A stretch of DNA of 64,000 bases from an uncultured Hungatella sp. (GTDB lineage: Bacteria > Bacillota > Clostridia > Lachnospirales > Lachnospiraceae). How positions within the stretch are numbered: position 1 is the stretch's first letter; each line of letters starts with the position of its first letter. The stretch is from NCBI GenBank assembly GCA_910585435.1, contig CAJUEJ010000001.1:122286-186285 (forward strand). Direction: 5' to 3'. The notes beneath the pieces were generated by a model. That model had not been told where the DNA came from. It made no database searches and saw only the letters and a program-made list of their open reading frames with translations. Made by a program: the position numbers and the translations under genes. Shown in pieces: positions 48,011-58,260 of this stretch.

Positions 48011-50173
48011 TTACATGGACTTCCAGAGGATCTGGCTTCCTTTCAGGTGGAACATCTGACAGCTTCCGGTGCCGTCATAGACCATGGTATCCTGGACATC
48101 CCCTGAGTTGTTGACAACAGCATATTTTTTCGTCTCAGGATATGCGTGAACCTCGCACAGAGGATTGTCTGCATACCATTTTTTCATGCGATCTTCCTGG
48201 CCGGCGCTGTAATAAATACTGCGCAGAAGAAGCCTGGTATTTTCATAACTGTAGGGCAGACCGGCAATGTAGACACCTTTTCCCCTGCCGTAGGGGTGGG
48301 CGCTGAGATGGATCTCCCCGTCAGAAAACTCTGCAATCTCCGTAGCTTGGGAGAGTGCATAAAGATTCTTTACGCTTTCTCCGAAGTCAAAGCCTGTTTG
48401 CCGGTCTTCCCTCAGAAAATGCTGTGGCTGTTCCTCTGTAAAATATTTATCTGTGGAAAGGGTGAAGCCCAGCTCCTTATCAATGCCCAGCACGTCTGCC
48501 AGCTGGAAGAAACGGCCTCCAAAATGGGCGGCCGACGGCTCTCCGATCCCTACAAAGCCGCCTCCCTCATAGACAAACCGGCGGATCCGGGTTACAAGCG
48601 CTTCATTCAGCCATGCGTCTCCGCCGGAGAAGGCGGTGCCTGCTGCCCCGGCGTTGACGATGACGTCGACATCATCAGGAATCCCCTGATTTAAGATATC
48701 GTCAAAGCTTAAGAACACCACGTCTACGCTCATACCGCTTAAAGCTTCCAGCATTCCGAAATAAGAGTAGGTCTGCTTGTACCACAGCGCGTGAGCCACC
48801 ATAAAGGACTGCCAGGACCGCAGCTTTCCCCAGCAGTTGAGGACCGCCACCTTCAGGCCGCAGTATGGGCGGCTTCCTGCAATATTGTCATAGATCTCAC
48901 GAAACTCATCGGTTACCTGCTCAATGTAATCTACAAATTTTGGAAATTTATATGCAAGGCTTAAGTATCCCCCATAGCCGATCCGGTCTAAGGGCTTACG
49001 CATCAGGGCTCTCCTGGCGCCCAGCCAGTTTTCCCTGGCCTCCACACAGGGATCATTTCCCTCATAAAAGGTATCCGGGAAAAAGTAGGGCAGGAACCTT
49101 CCTTCCGTATATTTCACCCCGGGAATGTCGGAGATCAGACGCAGGGTGGCTCCCCCGCCTACGCTTCCCACCACCGCATCCAGCCCGATTTCCGGAAAAT
49201 ACGGTCCGTAGGGTTCCGTTCCAATCCAGTTGTCCCCCAAAAACATCATGGCCTCCCGGCCGGCCTCATGAACCAGGGCCACCAGCTCCCCGGCCTTTTT
49301 TGCCACGAAGCGCTGGATGAAATCCATATAGTCCAGATACTGCCTGGTGGGAACACGGAAGGTGGAGTTGTAGTAGCCGTTGTCCACAATGTCCTCAGGC
49401 CGTAGCCGGTAGCCGTACTCCTGCTCAAATTCTTCCAGAGCCTTCACCGACACGGTGGCTCCATAGCCGAACCAGTCCACGAATTTTTCCTTTGCTTTAT
49501 CATTAAACACCAGGGTAAAATGATAGAAAAATGTGGTAAACCGCACCACGTCTGTCCTGGGATTGTCCTTTAACCATTGAATCAGATAGTCCCTGGCAAA
49601 CCGGCCGGATGCAGGCTGGCGCACGTCAAAGGGAATCTCATGAGGCTTGTCGCCCCAGTCATTGGTAATGTGGTTGTACATCTGGGTGGGATCCCAGAGG
49701 GCGTAGACCAGAAACGATACGGTGTACTCGTGAAACGGCAGGGCATGCCGTACCGTAACAATATTCTCTGCCTCATCCACATCCCAGCTGTCCCCGGCCA
49801 CAGGCTCCCCCGCAGTCCGGTCCATAACCTCCCACCATGTCTTGCAGTCATGGACATAGTCAGGAGATACCTGCTGTCCAAAATATCCTTCCATAAACGG
49901 AATCTCCGCCGTATCCTTCACGGCTGTCACCCTGCGGCTCATGAGATACATCTGCTGGCATTCTTCCATATGCTCTTTTGCAAATTCATTGTGCCCTCTG
50001 GCCACGAAGTAGGTGGTGTAAACAGACGCATCCAGCGCCTTTATCTCATCCGGAAGCTTGGTTCCGTCGCTGTCCCGCAGGGCATCCGCCCCCCAGCGGT
50101 TCATCATTTCCTTAGTCTCATTTAAAAAATTTCCCTCGCTGGGAAGTGTAACCCTTCCTTTTGTTTTTGCCAT
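48011..50173 (-). CDS. gnpA: 1,3-beta-galactosyl-N-acetylhexosamine (GNB/LNB) phosphorylase, GH112
   Basis: GRVTLP, WGADALRDSDGT, WDPTQMYNHITNDWG, VRFTTFFY, MFLGDNWIGTEP, RFLPYFFPDTF, DRIGYGGY. Confidence 0.95.
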   Translation of the reverse strand: MAKTKGRVTLPSEGNFLNETKEMMNRWGADALRDSDGTKLPDEIKALDASVYTTYFVARGHNEFAKEHMEECQQMYLMSRRVTAVKDTAEIPFMEGYFGQQVSPDYVHDCKTWWEVMDRTAGEPVAGDSWDVDEAENIVTVRHALPFHEYTVSFLVYALWDPTQMYNHITNDWGDKPHEIPFDVRQPASGRFARDYLIQWLKDNPRTDVVRFTTFFYHFTLVFNDKAKEKFVDWFGYGATVSVKALEEFEQEYGYRLRPEDIVDNGYYNSTFRVPTRQYLDYMDFIQRFVAKKAGELVALVHEAGREAMMFLGDNWIGTEPYGPYFPEIGLDAVVGSVGGGATLRLISDIPGVKYTEGRFLPYFFPDTFYEGNDPCVEARENWLGARRALMRKPLDRIGYGGYLSLAYKFPKFVDYIEQVTDEFREIYDNIAGSRPYCGLKVAVLNCWGKLRSWQSFMVAHALWYKQTYSYFGMLEALSGMSVDVVFLSFDDILNQGIPDDVDVIVNAGAAGTAFSGGDAWLNEALVTRIRRFVYEGGGFVGIGEPSAAHFGGRFFQLADVLGIDKELGFTLSTDKYFTEEQPQHFLREDRQTGFDFGESVKNLYALSQATEIAEFSDGEIHLSAHPYGRGKGVYIAGLPYSYENTRLLLRSIYYSAGQEDRMKKWYADNPLCEVHAYPETKKYAVVNNSGDVQDTMVYDGTGSCQMFHLKGSQILWKSM

Positions 50174-50194
50174 GTTTTCCCCCTGTATATGTTT

Positions 50195-50235
50195 ATGTAG
50201 TCCTGAAATCTTTCCTGTACCTGCCTTTGCGGCTG
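50195..50235. repeat. Half copy (one arm) of the ATGTAC palindromic element
   Basis: Reverse complement cagccgcaaaggcaggtacaggaaagatt is 26/29 identical to 42276-42304. Confidence 0.65.
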
Positions 50236-50354
50236 CGCTATTTTGCGTACACCTTAAAATATCGTCCACAGCCCCCCTTCACCCAATTCTTGCCCCCCGC
50301 CCTGTATTGTGATATACTACCCATAAAGGAAACCGAACCCTGAGGAGGCTTTTT

Positions 50355-51302
50355 ATGTCCTACAAAAGTACCCATCTGCGCACGGTCCTCTCTGTCCGCA
50401 GTATCATTTCCATCCACTATTTTGACTATATGAGCGATTTTACCTTCCCCGGAGAAAGTCACGATTTCTGGGAGATTCTCTGTGTGGATAAGGGCGAGAT
50501 TGACGCGGTGGCAGGCAGTGAGCGCCATACCTTAAAGAGAGGCAGCATTATTTTCCACCAGCCGGATGAATTCCACAATGTTATCACCAACGGCCGCAGC
50601 GCCCCCAGCCTGGTTGTCATCGGCTTTGAATGCAATTCCCCCTATATGGATGCTTTCAAAGGCCAGATCCTGACGGTTCAGGAGACGGAGCGGGCTCTTT
50701 TGGCCCAGATTATCATCGAGGCGCGCCATGCATTCTGCGGCCGTCTGGACAACCCTTATCAGGAGGAGCTGATCCGCAGCACGGATCCTCCTGTCTTCGG
50801 GGCGGAACAGCTTATCAGCAGCTATCTGGAGGAGCTGCTCATCCACCTTTACCGCCGTTACTTTGCCAACCCTCTTCCCGTTCCCAGCACAAATCCGGAA
50901 AGGCTCCGGACGGGGGGGCGTCCAAATGAAACGTATAACCGGATTATCCGCTGTATGGAAGAGCATATCCATGAGCAGATGACCATTGAAAAGATTTGTA
51001 AGGACACCCTGGTAAGCCGTTCCCATCTCCAGAAGCTGTTTCAGGAGATTCACGGATGCGGCGCCATGGAATATTTTACTTTGATGAAGATTAACACTGC
51101 CAAGGAGCTGATTCGGACAAACCAGCTGAACTTCACACAGATATCTGACCGTCTGGGCTATACCTCCATCCACTATTTTTCCAGGCAGTTTAAAAAGCTT
51201 ACCCATATGACCCCGTCAGAATACGCTTCCTCCATCCGGCTTCTCTCAGAGAGGACAGACCTTCTGGGAGACAGCCGGGTGCCGGGAGAGGATCAGCCCT
51301 GA
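50355..51302 (+). CDS. AraC-family transcriptional regulator
   Basis: Cupin GESHDFWE..PDEFH; C-terminal LGYTSIHYFSRQFKK..TPSEY. Confidence 0.93.
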   Translation: MSYKSTHLRTVLSVRSIISIHYFDYMSDFTFPGESHDFWEILCVDKGEIDAVAGSERHTLKRGSIIFHQPDEFHNVITNGRSAPSLVVIGFECNSPYMDAFKGQILTVQETERALLAQIIIEARHAFCGRLDNPYQEELIRSTDPPVFGAEQLISSYLEELLIHLYRRYFANPLPVPSTNPERLRTGGRPNETYNRIIRCMEEHIHEQMTIEKICKDTLVSRSHLQKLFQEIHGCGAMEYFTLMKINTAKELIRTNQLNFTQISDRLGYTSIHYFSRQFKKLTHMTPSEYASSIRLLSERTDLLGDSRVPGEDQP

Positions 51303-52402
51303 TATTTTTCTACGATGGCAGCCAAATCCGCCCATTTTCTCTCTATATCGGCAACCAGCGCCAGCTGGGTGCGGCACCGATCCAGGTTGTGGCCTTCCCG
51401 GCTGGTGTGGAAATACACGTCTCCCTGAAGGTAATCGGTGAGAAAACGCATTCCGCATTCCAGGGTCATCATCTTGGCGCCGTAGGGAAGAAGCTCTGTC
51501 TCTGTCCGGGTCAGGCGTCCCTGGCTTCCCTCCAGGAATCCTTTTGTGTAAACCTCAAAAAGAGGCAGGGACAGGGAGACCTTGGACAGATCTGTCTCAT
51601 CCTCCTGGGCCGTATTGGCGCCGAAACGGATGGAATCTCCGTAGTCAAAGATGGAGAAGCCGGGCATGATGGTATCAAGGTCAATGATGCACAGGGCCTG
51701 GCCTGTGGCGTCGTCGATCATGATGTTGTTTAATTTGGTGTCATTGTGGCTTACACGGACAGGAAGCCTGCCTTCTTCCTTAAGGCGGAGGGCAAGGCCC
51801 ATGTCTTCCTTCCGCTCTCTGATAAACTGAATCTCCTCTGCCACCTGGCCGGCCCTGCCCATCACATCCTCCCGGACAGCCTTTTCAAAGGTCTCGTATC
51901 TGGCAGGGGTGTTGTGGAAATTGGGAATGGTCTCATGAAGCTCATCGGCCGGGTAATCTGCCAGAAGGCACTGGAACCGTCCGAAGGCTTTTCCACTCTG
52001 GTAAAAATCTTTTGGATCCTCCACCAGGTTGTAGCAGGTTGCCTGGGAGATAAAAAGATACATTCTCCAGCAATGCCCCAGGCTGTCTGTGTAGTAATCC
52101 TGTCCGTCCCTGGTGGGGACCAGATTCAGGGTTTCACGGTCAGGGTCGCCGTGGTTTTCTATGATCTGGCGGCGCAGAAAGGAGGTAACTCCTTTTACAT
52201 TGCTCATAAGCCCTTTAATATCTTTAAAGACCTCCTGATTCATCTGCTGCAGGATGTAGGCGTATTCCTGCCCCTTTTCCCGGCAGACCAGGCGGTATGT
52301 AAGGTTGATATGACCACTTCCATAGGGCTCACAGGATTCTATGGTTCCCTTTATTAAAAATGCCTGGGCGGCTTCCAGCATGGTCTCACGGCTGTTATTC
52401 AT
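51293..52402 (-). CDS. APH-family sugar kinase (N-acetylhexosamine 1-kinase-like)
   Basis: GSGHINLTY, FHNTP, HNDTKLNN, IDLDT, RFLTDYL. Confidence 0.85.
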   Translation of the reverse strand: MNNSRETMLEAAQAFLIKGTIESCEPYGSGHINLTYRLVCREKGQEYAYILQQMNQEVFKDIKGLMSNVKGVTSFLRRQIIENHGDPDRETLNLVPTRDGQDYYTDSLGHCWRMYLFISQATCYNLVEDPKDFYQSGKAFGRFQCLLADYPADELHETIPNFHNTPARYETFEKAVREDVMGRAGQVAEEIQFIRERKEDMGLALRLKEEGRLPVRVSHNDTKLNNIMIDDATGQALCIIDLDTIMPGFSIFDYGDSIRFGANTAQEDETDLSKVSLSLPLFEVYTKGFLEGSQGRLTRTETELLPYGAKMMTLECGMRFLTDYLQGDVYFHTSREGHNLDRCRTQLALVADIERKWADLAAIVEKYQG

Positions 52403-53336
52403 GGCGTACCTCCCACAGGGTTTCCGGATAAAGACCCTGATCCTTTAAATGGCGGATTGCCTGGATGACAGTCTCTTTGTCCTCTTTATAGGTTACCCCG
52501 TACCAGCGGTCCCTGCTTTCCAGAACGGTTACCTCTGCCTTGCCTTCCTTTAAAAGCTCATCCACTACGAAAGGAAGGAAATACTCGCATTTCTGGGGAT
52601 TTCCCGGAAGCTCTCTCTGTAAAAATGAGGCAAAGCGGTTGTCCAGCTCTTCTAAAATACTTTTGGTAAATCCCCACAGGTTCATGGATACGATAGAATT
52701 GCCTGGAAGAGTCACCCAGGTAGCGCCTCCGTCCTCTGTATACGCGCCGTCCTCACCCCGTTTTTCGATGTGGGTCCGTTCGTGAATATCCACAAGCCGT
52801 CCGTGGCCGTCTGTGGAGCAGACGCCTCTGGCTACGTAGCCGTTGTCTGTCATGGTATTGTTCAGATGATAGCCTACCATGGCGTACTGATATGTATCTT
52901 TATCCGCAGAGGATGTGAGCTGGCGGTACATTTCCCTGAAGGCCTGCTTTCCATAATAATCATCTGCGTTGATGACGGCAAAGGGTCCGTCTATGATATC
53001 TTTGCAGCACAGAATGGCATGTCCGGTTCCCCAGGGCTTTACCCGGCCTTCCGGTACCGAAAAACCTTCCGGGATTTTGTCCAGCTCCTGGTACACATAC
53101 GCGGTTTCCATACGCTGCTCCATGCGTCTGCCGATGTTTTCTTTAAATTCCTTTTCGATAGCCTTCTTGATGATAAAGACGACCTTCTCAAATCCGGCCT
53201 CCTTAGCGTCGAAAATGGAAAAATCCATGATGATATTCCCGTATTCATCTACCGGGTCTATCTGCTTTAACCCTCCATAACGGCTTCCCATTCCGGCGGC
53301 CATAACCACCAATACCGGTTTTTTCTCTTCTCCCAT
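52395..53336 (-). CDS. Sugar-phosphate nucleotidyltransferase
   Basis: MAAGMGSRYGGLKQ, KPWGTGHA, INADDYYG, SMNLWGF, WYGVTY. Confidence 0.88.
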   Translation of the reverse strand: MGEEKKPVLVVMAAGMGSRYGGLKQIDPVDEYGNIIMDFSIFDAKEAGFEKVVFIIKKAIEKEFKENIGRRMEQRMETAYVYQELDKIPEGFSVPEGRVKPWGTGHAILCCKDIIDGPFAVINADDYYGKQAFREMYRQLTSSADKDTYQYAMVGYHLNNTMTDNGYVARGVCSTDGHGRLVDIHERTHIEKRGEDGAYTEDGGATWVTLPGNSIVSMNLWGFTKSILEELDNRFASFLQRELPGNPQKCEYFLPFVVDELLKEGKAEVTVLESRDRWYGVTYKEDKETVIQAIRHLKDQGLYPETLWEVRHE

Positions 53337-53511
53337 AATGCTGCCTCCTTCTGGCTTCATAGATTGATTAAAAGTACTCTTTAAGTATAGCTGAACAACC
53401 GATGGAAAAGCAAGAGGCTAACCTGTTTTTTATTTGTATGTTTGTTCTTTTAATTTGTACGATTGATTCTTTGCCAGGGCAGGCAGCCTGGAGAGGGCCG
53501 GGGCGCTGTCC

Positions 53512-53540
53512 TTGACAAACACAGGAAATCGTACTATACT
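53512..53540 (+). promoter_or_regulatory. sigmaA-type promoter of the Nudix gene
   Basis: TTGACA-N17-TATACT. Confidence 0.7.
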
Positions 53541-53581
53541 GCAAAATACAATTTTTGCTTTGCCACACCACAAAGGAGGAG

Positions 53582-54154
53582 ATGGATTTGGAATTAATAA
53601 AACAGCTTCAGGCCTTTCGGCCGTTTAATGAGCAGGAGGCTAAAGACAAGGAGGTTTTGCTTGGGCTTCTTATGACCCAGCCGGATATTTTTCTTCGGTC
53701 CAACCAAGCCATGCATATGTCGGCCTCTGCCTGGGTGGTGAATCCTGAGAGGACAAAGGTGCTGATGGCTTATCACAATATCTATCATTCCTGGTCCTGG
53801 CTGGGAGGGCATGCAGACGGCCAGGAGGATCTGCTTTCGGTGGCGCTTAAGGAGGTGCGGGAGGAAAGCGGTGTAAGCCATGTAAGGCCTGTGACAGACG
53901 AAATATTTTCCGTTGAGATACTGACAGTGGACGGGCATGAGAAGAAGGGGGAGTACGTATCCTCCCACCTGCATCTGAATGTTACATATCTTTTGGAAGC
54001 CACAGAGGAGGATCCCCTTGCGATGAAGCCGGATGAGAACAGCGGCGTGGCATGGTTCGGACTTGAGGACGGGGTGGCTGCTTCTGATGAAATCTGGTTC
54101 AGGGAGCGGATCTACAGGAAGCTGAATCAGAAGCTCAGCCATTACAGGCAGTGA
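53582..54154 (+). CDS. Nudix hydrolase
   Basis: Nudix box GGHADG....[11 protein letters not shown]. Confidence 0.9.
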   Translation: MDLELIKQLQAFRPFNEQEAKDKEVLLGLLMTQPDIFLRSNQAMHMSASAWVVNPERTKVLMAYHNIYHSWSWLGGHADGQEDLLSVALKEVREESGVSHVRPVTDEIFSVEILTVDGHEKKGEYVSSHLHLNVTYLLEATEEDPLAMKPDENSGVAWFGLEDGVAASDEIWFRERIYRKLNQKLSHYRQ

Positions 54155-54287
54155 ACAGAAACACTTAGGCTGCTTTAAGTTTTCATTGCAAAATCCATGG
54201 ACTTGGTATATACTAACGAAAGAAATCGTAACAGCACAGGCTTGGGGCAGTTACAGGAAATCAATGAAGAAAAGGATGGATATAGAT

Positions 54288-54797
54288 ATGGCATTGTTGG
54301 AAACATGGCGGAATCTGGCTTATGGCGATGGTCTGAATGATAAAGAGAGAGAGAATCTGTGGTCCGGATATTTTGCTATCGAGAAGGGAATCTATGAGAA
54401 GCTTCTGTCGGATCCGACCCAGGTGATTGAAGGGACGGTTAAGGAGCTGGCAGAAAAGTACGGCACAGAAATCCTGATAATGACCGGATTTTTAGACGGG
54501 ATCAATGAAAGCTTAAAAGGCTATGAGAATCCCATTGACACCATGGAGGAGGATACGGCAGTCAGGATTGAGATTGACCCTGAAAAACTGTATTACAACA
54601 TGGTGGGAGCCAAGGCAGACTGGCTTTACAATCTTCCTATGTGGGACGACATTCTGACCCAGGACAGAAGAAAAGAGCTGTACAAAGAGCAGAAGGCCTC
54701 CGGAACCATCGTAAAAGGACAGAAAATAGGGAGAAATGATCCATGTCCCTGCGGCAGCGGATTAAAATATAAGAAATGCTGCGGAAAAAATAAATAG
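54288..54797 (+). CDS. SEC-C motif protein
   Basis: [43 protein letters not shown]. Confidence 0.9.
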   Translation: MALLETWRNLAYGDGLNDKERENLWSGYFAIEKGIYEKLLSDPTQVIEGTVKELAEKYGTEILIMTGFLDGINESLKGYENPIDTMEEDTAVRIEIDPEKLYYNMVGAKADWLYNLPMWDDILTQDRRKELYKEQKASGTIVKGQKIGRNDPCPCGSGLKYKKCCGKNK

Positions 54798-54811
54798 TGA
54801 AAATATGCTGT

Positions 54812-54842
54812 AAAGGGAGGAAGGAAGACTTCCTCCTTTTTT
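54812..54842 (+). terminator. Intrinsic terminator after the SEC-C gene
   Basis: ggaggaag/cttcctcc + T run. Confidence 0.75.
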
Positions 54843-54910
54843 CAGTATACGAAGTTTCTTTCAGGCACCAAGAGATTCTGAGAGTACATTTTAAAGAAAA
54901 GGAGAAACAC

Positions 54911-55684
54911 ATGGAAGGGAAAAAGACAGCCATAGTTACAGGCGCCAGCCGGGGGATCGGGCTGGCGGTAGCCAGGCAGCTGGGACTGGACGGCTACCAG
55001 GTGGTTTTATTTGCCACAAGGCCTGCAAGCGCCTGTGAAGAACAGCTAAAGGAGCTGGACGGGGCGGGGATTACCTGGCACTATGTCCAGGGAACCCTGG
55101 ACAGCAGCCAGGACAGGAAACGTCTGGTGCAGGAGGCTGTAAGGCGGTTTGGCAGAATCGACGTGCTGGTGAACAATGCAGGGGTGGCTCCTCTTGTGAG
55201 AGGGGATCTTCTGACTATGACAGAGGAAAGCTATGACCGGGTTATGGGAATCAATGCGAAAGGCACCATGTTCCTGACGCAGCTGGTGGCAAACCAGATG
55301 CTGAAGCAGGAGATTCTTGGAAAGAAGAGAGGCACCATCGTCAATATAGGATCCTGCTCAGCAGAGGTTTCCTCTGTAAACCGGGGAGAGTACTGTATTT
55401 CCAAAAGCGCCCTGACTATGATGACCACCTTGTTTGCAGACAGGCTGGCAGGAGATGGAATACTGGTTCACGAGGTAAGGCCCGGTGTCATAAAGACTGA
55501 TATGACCGGAAAAGTACAGGAAAAATACGATGCCCTCATAGAAGCAGGGGCATTTCCAATCCGGAGATGGGGAACGGTTCAGGATGTAGCGGATGCGGTC
55601 AGTGCTTTTTGCTCGGATCTGTTTTTGTATACTACGGGAAATTATATTGATGTGGACGGAGGCTTTCATATTAAAAGGTTGTAG
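54911..55684 (+). CDS. Short-chain dehydrogenase/reductase
   Basis: TGASRGIG, NNAG, YCISK, EVRPGVIKTDMT, VDGG. Confidence 0.9.
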   Translation: MEGKKTAIVTGASRGIGLAVARQLGLDGYQVVLFATRPASACEEQLKELDGAGITWHYVQGTLDSSQDRKRLVQEAVRRFGRIDVLVNNAGVAPLVRGDLLTMTEESYDRVMGINAKGTMFLTQLVANQMLKQEILGKKRGTIVNIGSCSAEVSSVNRGEYCISKSALTMMTTLFADRLAGDGILVHEVRPGVIKTDMTGKVQEKYDALIEAGAFPIRRWGTVQDVADAVSAFCSDLFLYTTGNYIDVDGGFHIKRL

Positions 55685-55687
55685 AAG

Positions 55688-57670
55688 ATGGAAAAAATAA
55701 AAATGTTAAAGGTCCATACAGTGGTGGTGGGATCCGGGGCGGCCGGGTTAAACGGGGCTCACAGGCTAAGCCGGTATGGAGTAAAGGATATGATTCTTGT
55801 AACGGAAGATATGAAGTTCGGGACTTCCAGAAATACCGGCTCAGACAAACAGACATACTACAAATTATCCCTGTCAGGCTCAGCGCCTGACAGTATCCGC
55901 AGCCTGGCTCAGGTGCTGTATGACGGAGGATGTGTGGACGGGGATCACGCGTTATGTGAAGCGGCGCTTTCTGCCCAGGGATTTTTTAAGCTGATGGAGC
56001 TTGGTGTCCCGTTTCCCCATGACACCTACGGAGAGTTTGTGGGCTACAAGACAGACCATGACCCCAATGACAGAGGCAGCAGTGCAGGGCCCTATACATC
56101 CCGCTATATGACAGAGGCTCTGGAAGAGGCGGTAAGGCAGGAAGGGATTTCCATCTGTGACCACTGGCAGGTGATTCAGATTTTGTCTGACGGGGAGGCT
56201 TTGTATGGGATTTTATGTCTGGATACGGAGAAGGGAAATTATATCCTGATCCGCTGTACCAATTTAGTCTATGCCACCGGAGGGCCGGCAGGCATGTATG
56301 CAGACAGCGTGTATCCGGCAAGCCAGTTTGGTTCCAGCGGCCTGGCCTTTGAGGCAGGGGCTTTAGGAAAGAACCTGACAGAGTGGCAGTACGGCCTGGC
56401 ATCTTTAAAACCCCGGTGGAATGTAAGCGGAAGCTATATGCAGGTACTTCCCAGATTTGTTTCCACAGATAAAAAGGGCGGGGATCAGAGGGAATTTCTC
56501 ATGGATTACTATGGCACATGGGAAGAGATGATGGATATGGTATTCTTAAAGGGATACCAGTGGCCGTTTGATGCCAGGAAGGTTTCAGGCGGATCTTCCA
56601 TGATCGACCTTTTGGTTTACAGGGAAACCTGTGTAAAAGGGCGGCGGGTATGGCTGGATTACCGGACTAATCCGGGAGGAAGGCAGATTGATTTTCAGGC
56701 GCTGTCAGAGGAGGCTAAAGGGTATTTAAGACAGGGGGATGCGTGCCAGGACACGCCTTATGAACGGCTGTGCAGGCTGAACGGGCCGGCGGCGGCATTT
56801 TATAAGGAACACGGTGTGGACTTGAAGAATCAGATGCTGGAGGTGGCGGTCTGCGCCCAGCACAACAACGGAGGGCTTTCCATAGATGCCTGGTGGCAGA
56901 CCAATATAAAGGGATTTTTCGCCGTGGGAGAGGTGGCGGGAACCCATGGCATCTGCCGTCCGGGAGGCAGCGCCCTCAACGCAGGACAGGCAGGCTCTGC
57001 CAGAGCGGCGGAATTTATCGGGGCCCATAAGGACTGGGAGAGAACGTGGAGCCAGGAGAAGGAAAAGGATTTTCTGAGCCAGGCAGAGAGACGGATTGCC
57101 ATGGGGGAGGAGATCCTAAAGAGATGGAGAGCAGGCAATAAAAAAGGCCTGGCACAACGGTGGAAGGCGGCATCTGAACAGATGAGCCGCTGTGGCGCCA
57201 TGCTCCGTGACAGGGAAGGCATGGAGCAGATGGTTCTGGAAATCACCGGGGAACTGGAGGAAATGGAAGGAAAAAGGGATAAGGAATATATAACAACAGA
57301 ACAGGAGGAAACCAGGCAGAAGGCCCTTTTCTACCGTTATTTTGATATGCGCCTGTGCCAGAAAACGTATCTGGCTGCAATGCTGGACTACATGGATCAC
57401 GGAGGAAAAAGCCGGGGTTCCGCTGTGTACCGGGAGGAGGGGCAAACAGGAGGAGGCCAGATCAGAATCCCCGGGCTGACCGCTTTTTCTCTGGACGGAC
57501 CGGACGGGAGAGCCCATGACCATGAGGTGCAGGAGATTCTCTATGACAGGGAGGAAAAGAACTGTCATATTTTCTGGAGAAAGGTACGGAAGCTGGAAGA
57601 CATTCCAGAGCCTCAGGCCTTTGAGAGCGTGTGGAAGGCGTACAGGGAAAAACAGATGTATCATGTATAG
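55688..57670 (+). CDS. SdhA/FrdA/NadB-like FAD-binding oxidoreductase
   Basis: VVGSGAAG, SRNTGSDKQTYYK, ATGG, QHNNGG, GEVAGTHG..RPGGSALN. Confidence 0.85.
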   Translation: MEKIKMLKVHTVVVGSGAAGLNGAHRLSRYGVKDMILVTEDMKFGTSRNTGSDKQTYYKLSLSGSAPDSIRSLAQVLYDGGCVDGDHALCEAALSAQGFFKLMELGVPFPHDTYGEFVGYKTDHDPNDRGSSAGPYTSRYMTEALEEAVRQEGISICDHWQVIQILSDGEALYGILCLDTEKGNYILIRCTNLVYATGGPAGMYADSVYPASQFGSSGLAFEAGALGKNLTEWQYGLASLKPRWNVSGSYMQVLPRFVSTDKKGGDQREFLMDYYGTWEEMMDMVFLKGYQWPFDARKVSGGSSMIDLLVYRETCVKGRRVWLDYRTNPGGRQIDFQALSEEAKGYLRQGDACQDTPYERLCRLNGPAAAFYKEHGVDLKNQMLEVAVCAQHNNGGLSIDAWWQTNIKGFFAVGEVAGTHGICRPGGSALNAGQAGSARAAEFIGAHKDWERTWSQEKEKDFLSQAERRIAMGEEILKRWRAGNKKGLAQRWKAASEQMSRCGAMLRDREGMEQMVLEITGELEEMEGKRDKEYITTEQEETRQKALFYRYFDMRLCQKTYLAAMLDYMDHGGKSRGSAVYREEGQTGGGQIRIPGLTAFSLDGPDGRAHDHEVQEILYDREEKNCHIFWRKVRKLEDIPEPQAFESVWKAYREKQMYHV

Positions 57671-57692
57671 TAATCTTCTCGAAGACAGGTTT

Positions 57693-57722
57693 GCACACAT
57701 TGTCTTGCTGTTACATAAGATA
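57693..57722 (+). promoter_or_regulatory. sigmaK-like promoter
   Basis: GCACA-N16-CATAAGATA matches the sigmaK consensus ACA-N16-CATAnnnTA. Confidence 0.65.
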
Positions 57723-57759
57723 TAGTACAAACCTGATAAATAAAGAGGAGAACAAAGAT

Positions 57760-58236
57760 ATGTGTTTATTTTGTGGATGTAATTCTTGTAGATGTAATTC
57801 TTGCAGATGCTGCAATCGGTGGTGTAATAGATGCAATAACTGGAACTGTAACTGTGGAAACAACAGCGGAGTAGGCGGTGGAACCAGCAATGGCTGCGGC
57901 AACTGTAACTGCAGCTGCGGCAATAACAGCGGAGTAGGCGGCGGAACCAGCAACGGCTGCGGCAGCTGTAATTGTAACTGCAACTGTAATTGCAACTGCA
58001 ACTGTAACTGCGGCAATAACAGCGGGGTAGGCGGCGGAACCAGCAATGGCTGTGGCTGTAACAACGGGAATACCTGTGTATGCCGCTGGGTATGCAACTG
58101 CAACAACAACGGGCCTGTACCCTCACCCTACGGCGGCCAGATTTATACGGCTCAGCAGGTTTCTGACAGTGACTATGCCAATGATTATAACAGCCAGTTT
58201 TCCACGGCATCCATGCCCTGCGACGGCTGCAAATAA
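57760..58236 (+). CDS. Cys/Asn/Gly-rich repeat protein, probable spore coat/exosporium component
   Basis: RBS gaggag; 158 aa with 33 Cys; three CGNNSGVGGGTSNGCG repeats that differ only at synonymous positions; own promoter and terminator. Confidence 0.75.
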   Translation: MCLFCGCNSCRCNSCRCCNRWCNRCNNWNCNCGNNSGVGGGTSNGCGNCNCSCGNNSGVGGGTSNGCGSCNCNCNCNCNCNCNCGNNSGVGGGTSNGCGCNNGNTCVCRWVCNCNNNGPVPSPYGGQIYTAQQVSDSDYANDYNSQFSTASMPCDGCK

Positions 58237-58260
58237 CAGCTGAAACAGCTTTAACCTTAT

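Noticed and set aside
57760..58236. Cys-rich protein as a RiPP precursor
   Set aside because: No radical SAM, YcaO, LanM, peptidase or exporter nearby, and no leader/core organisation
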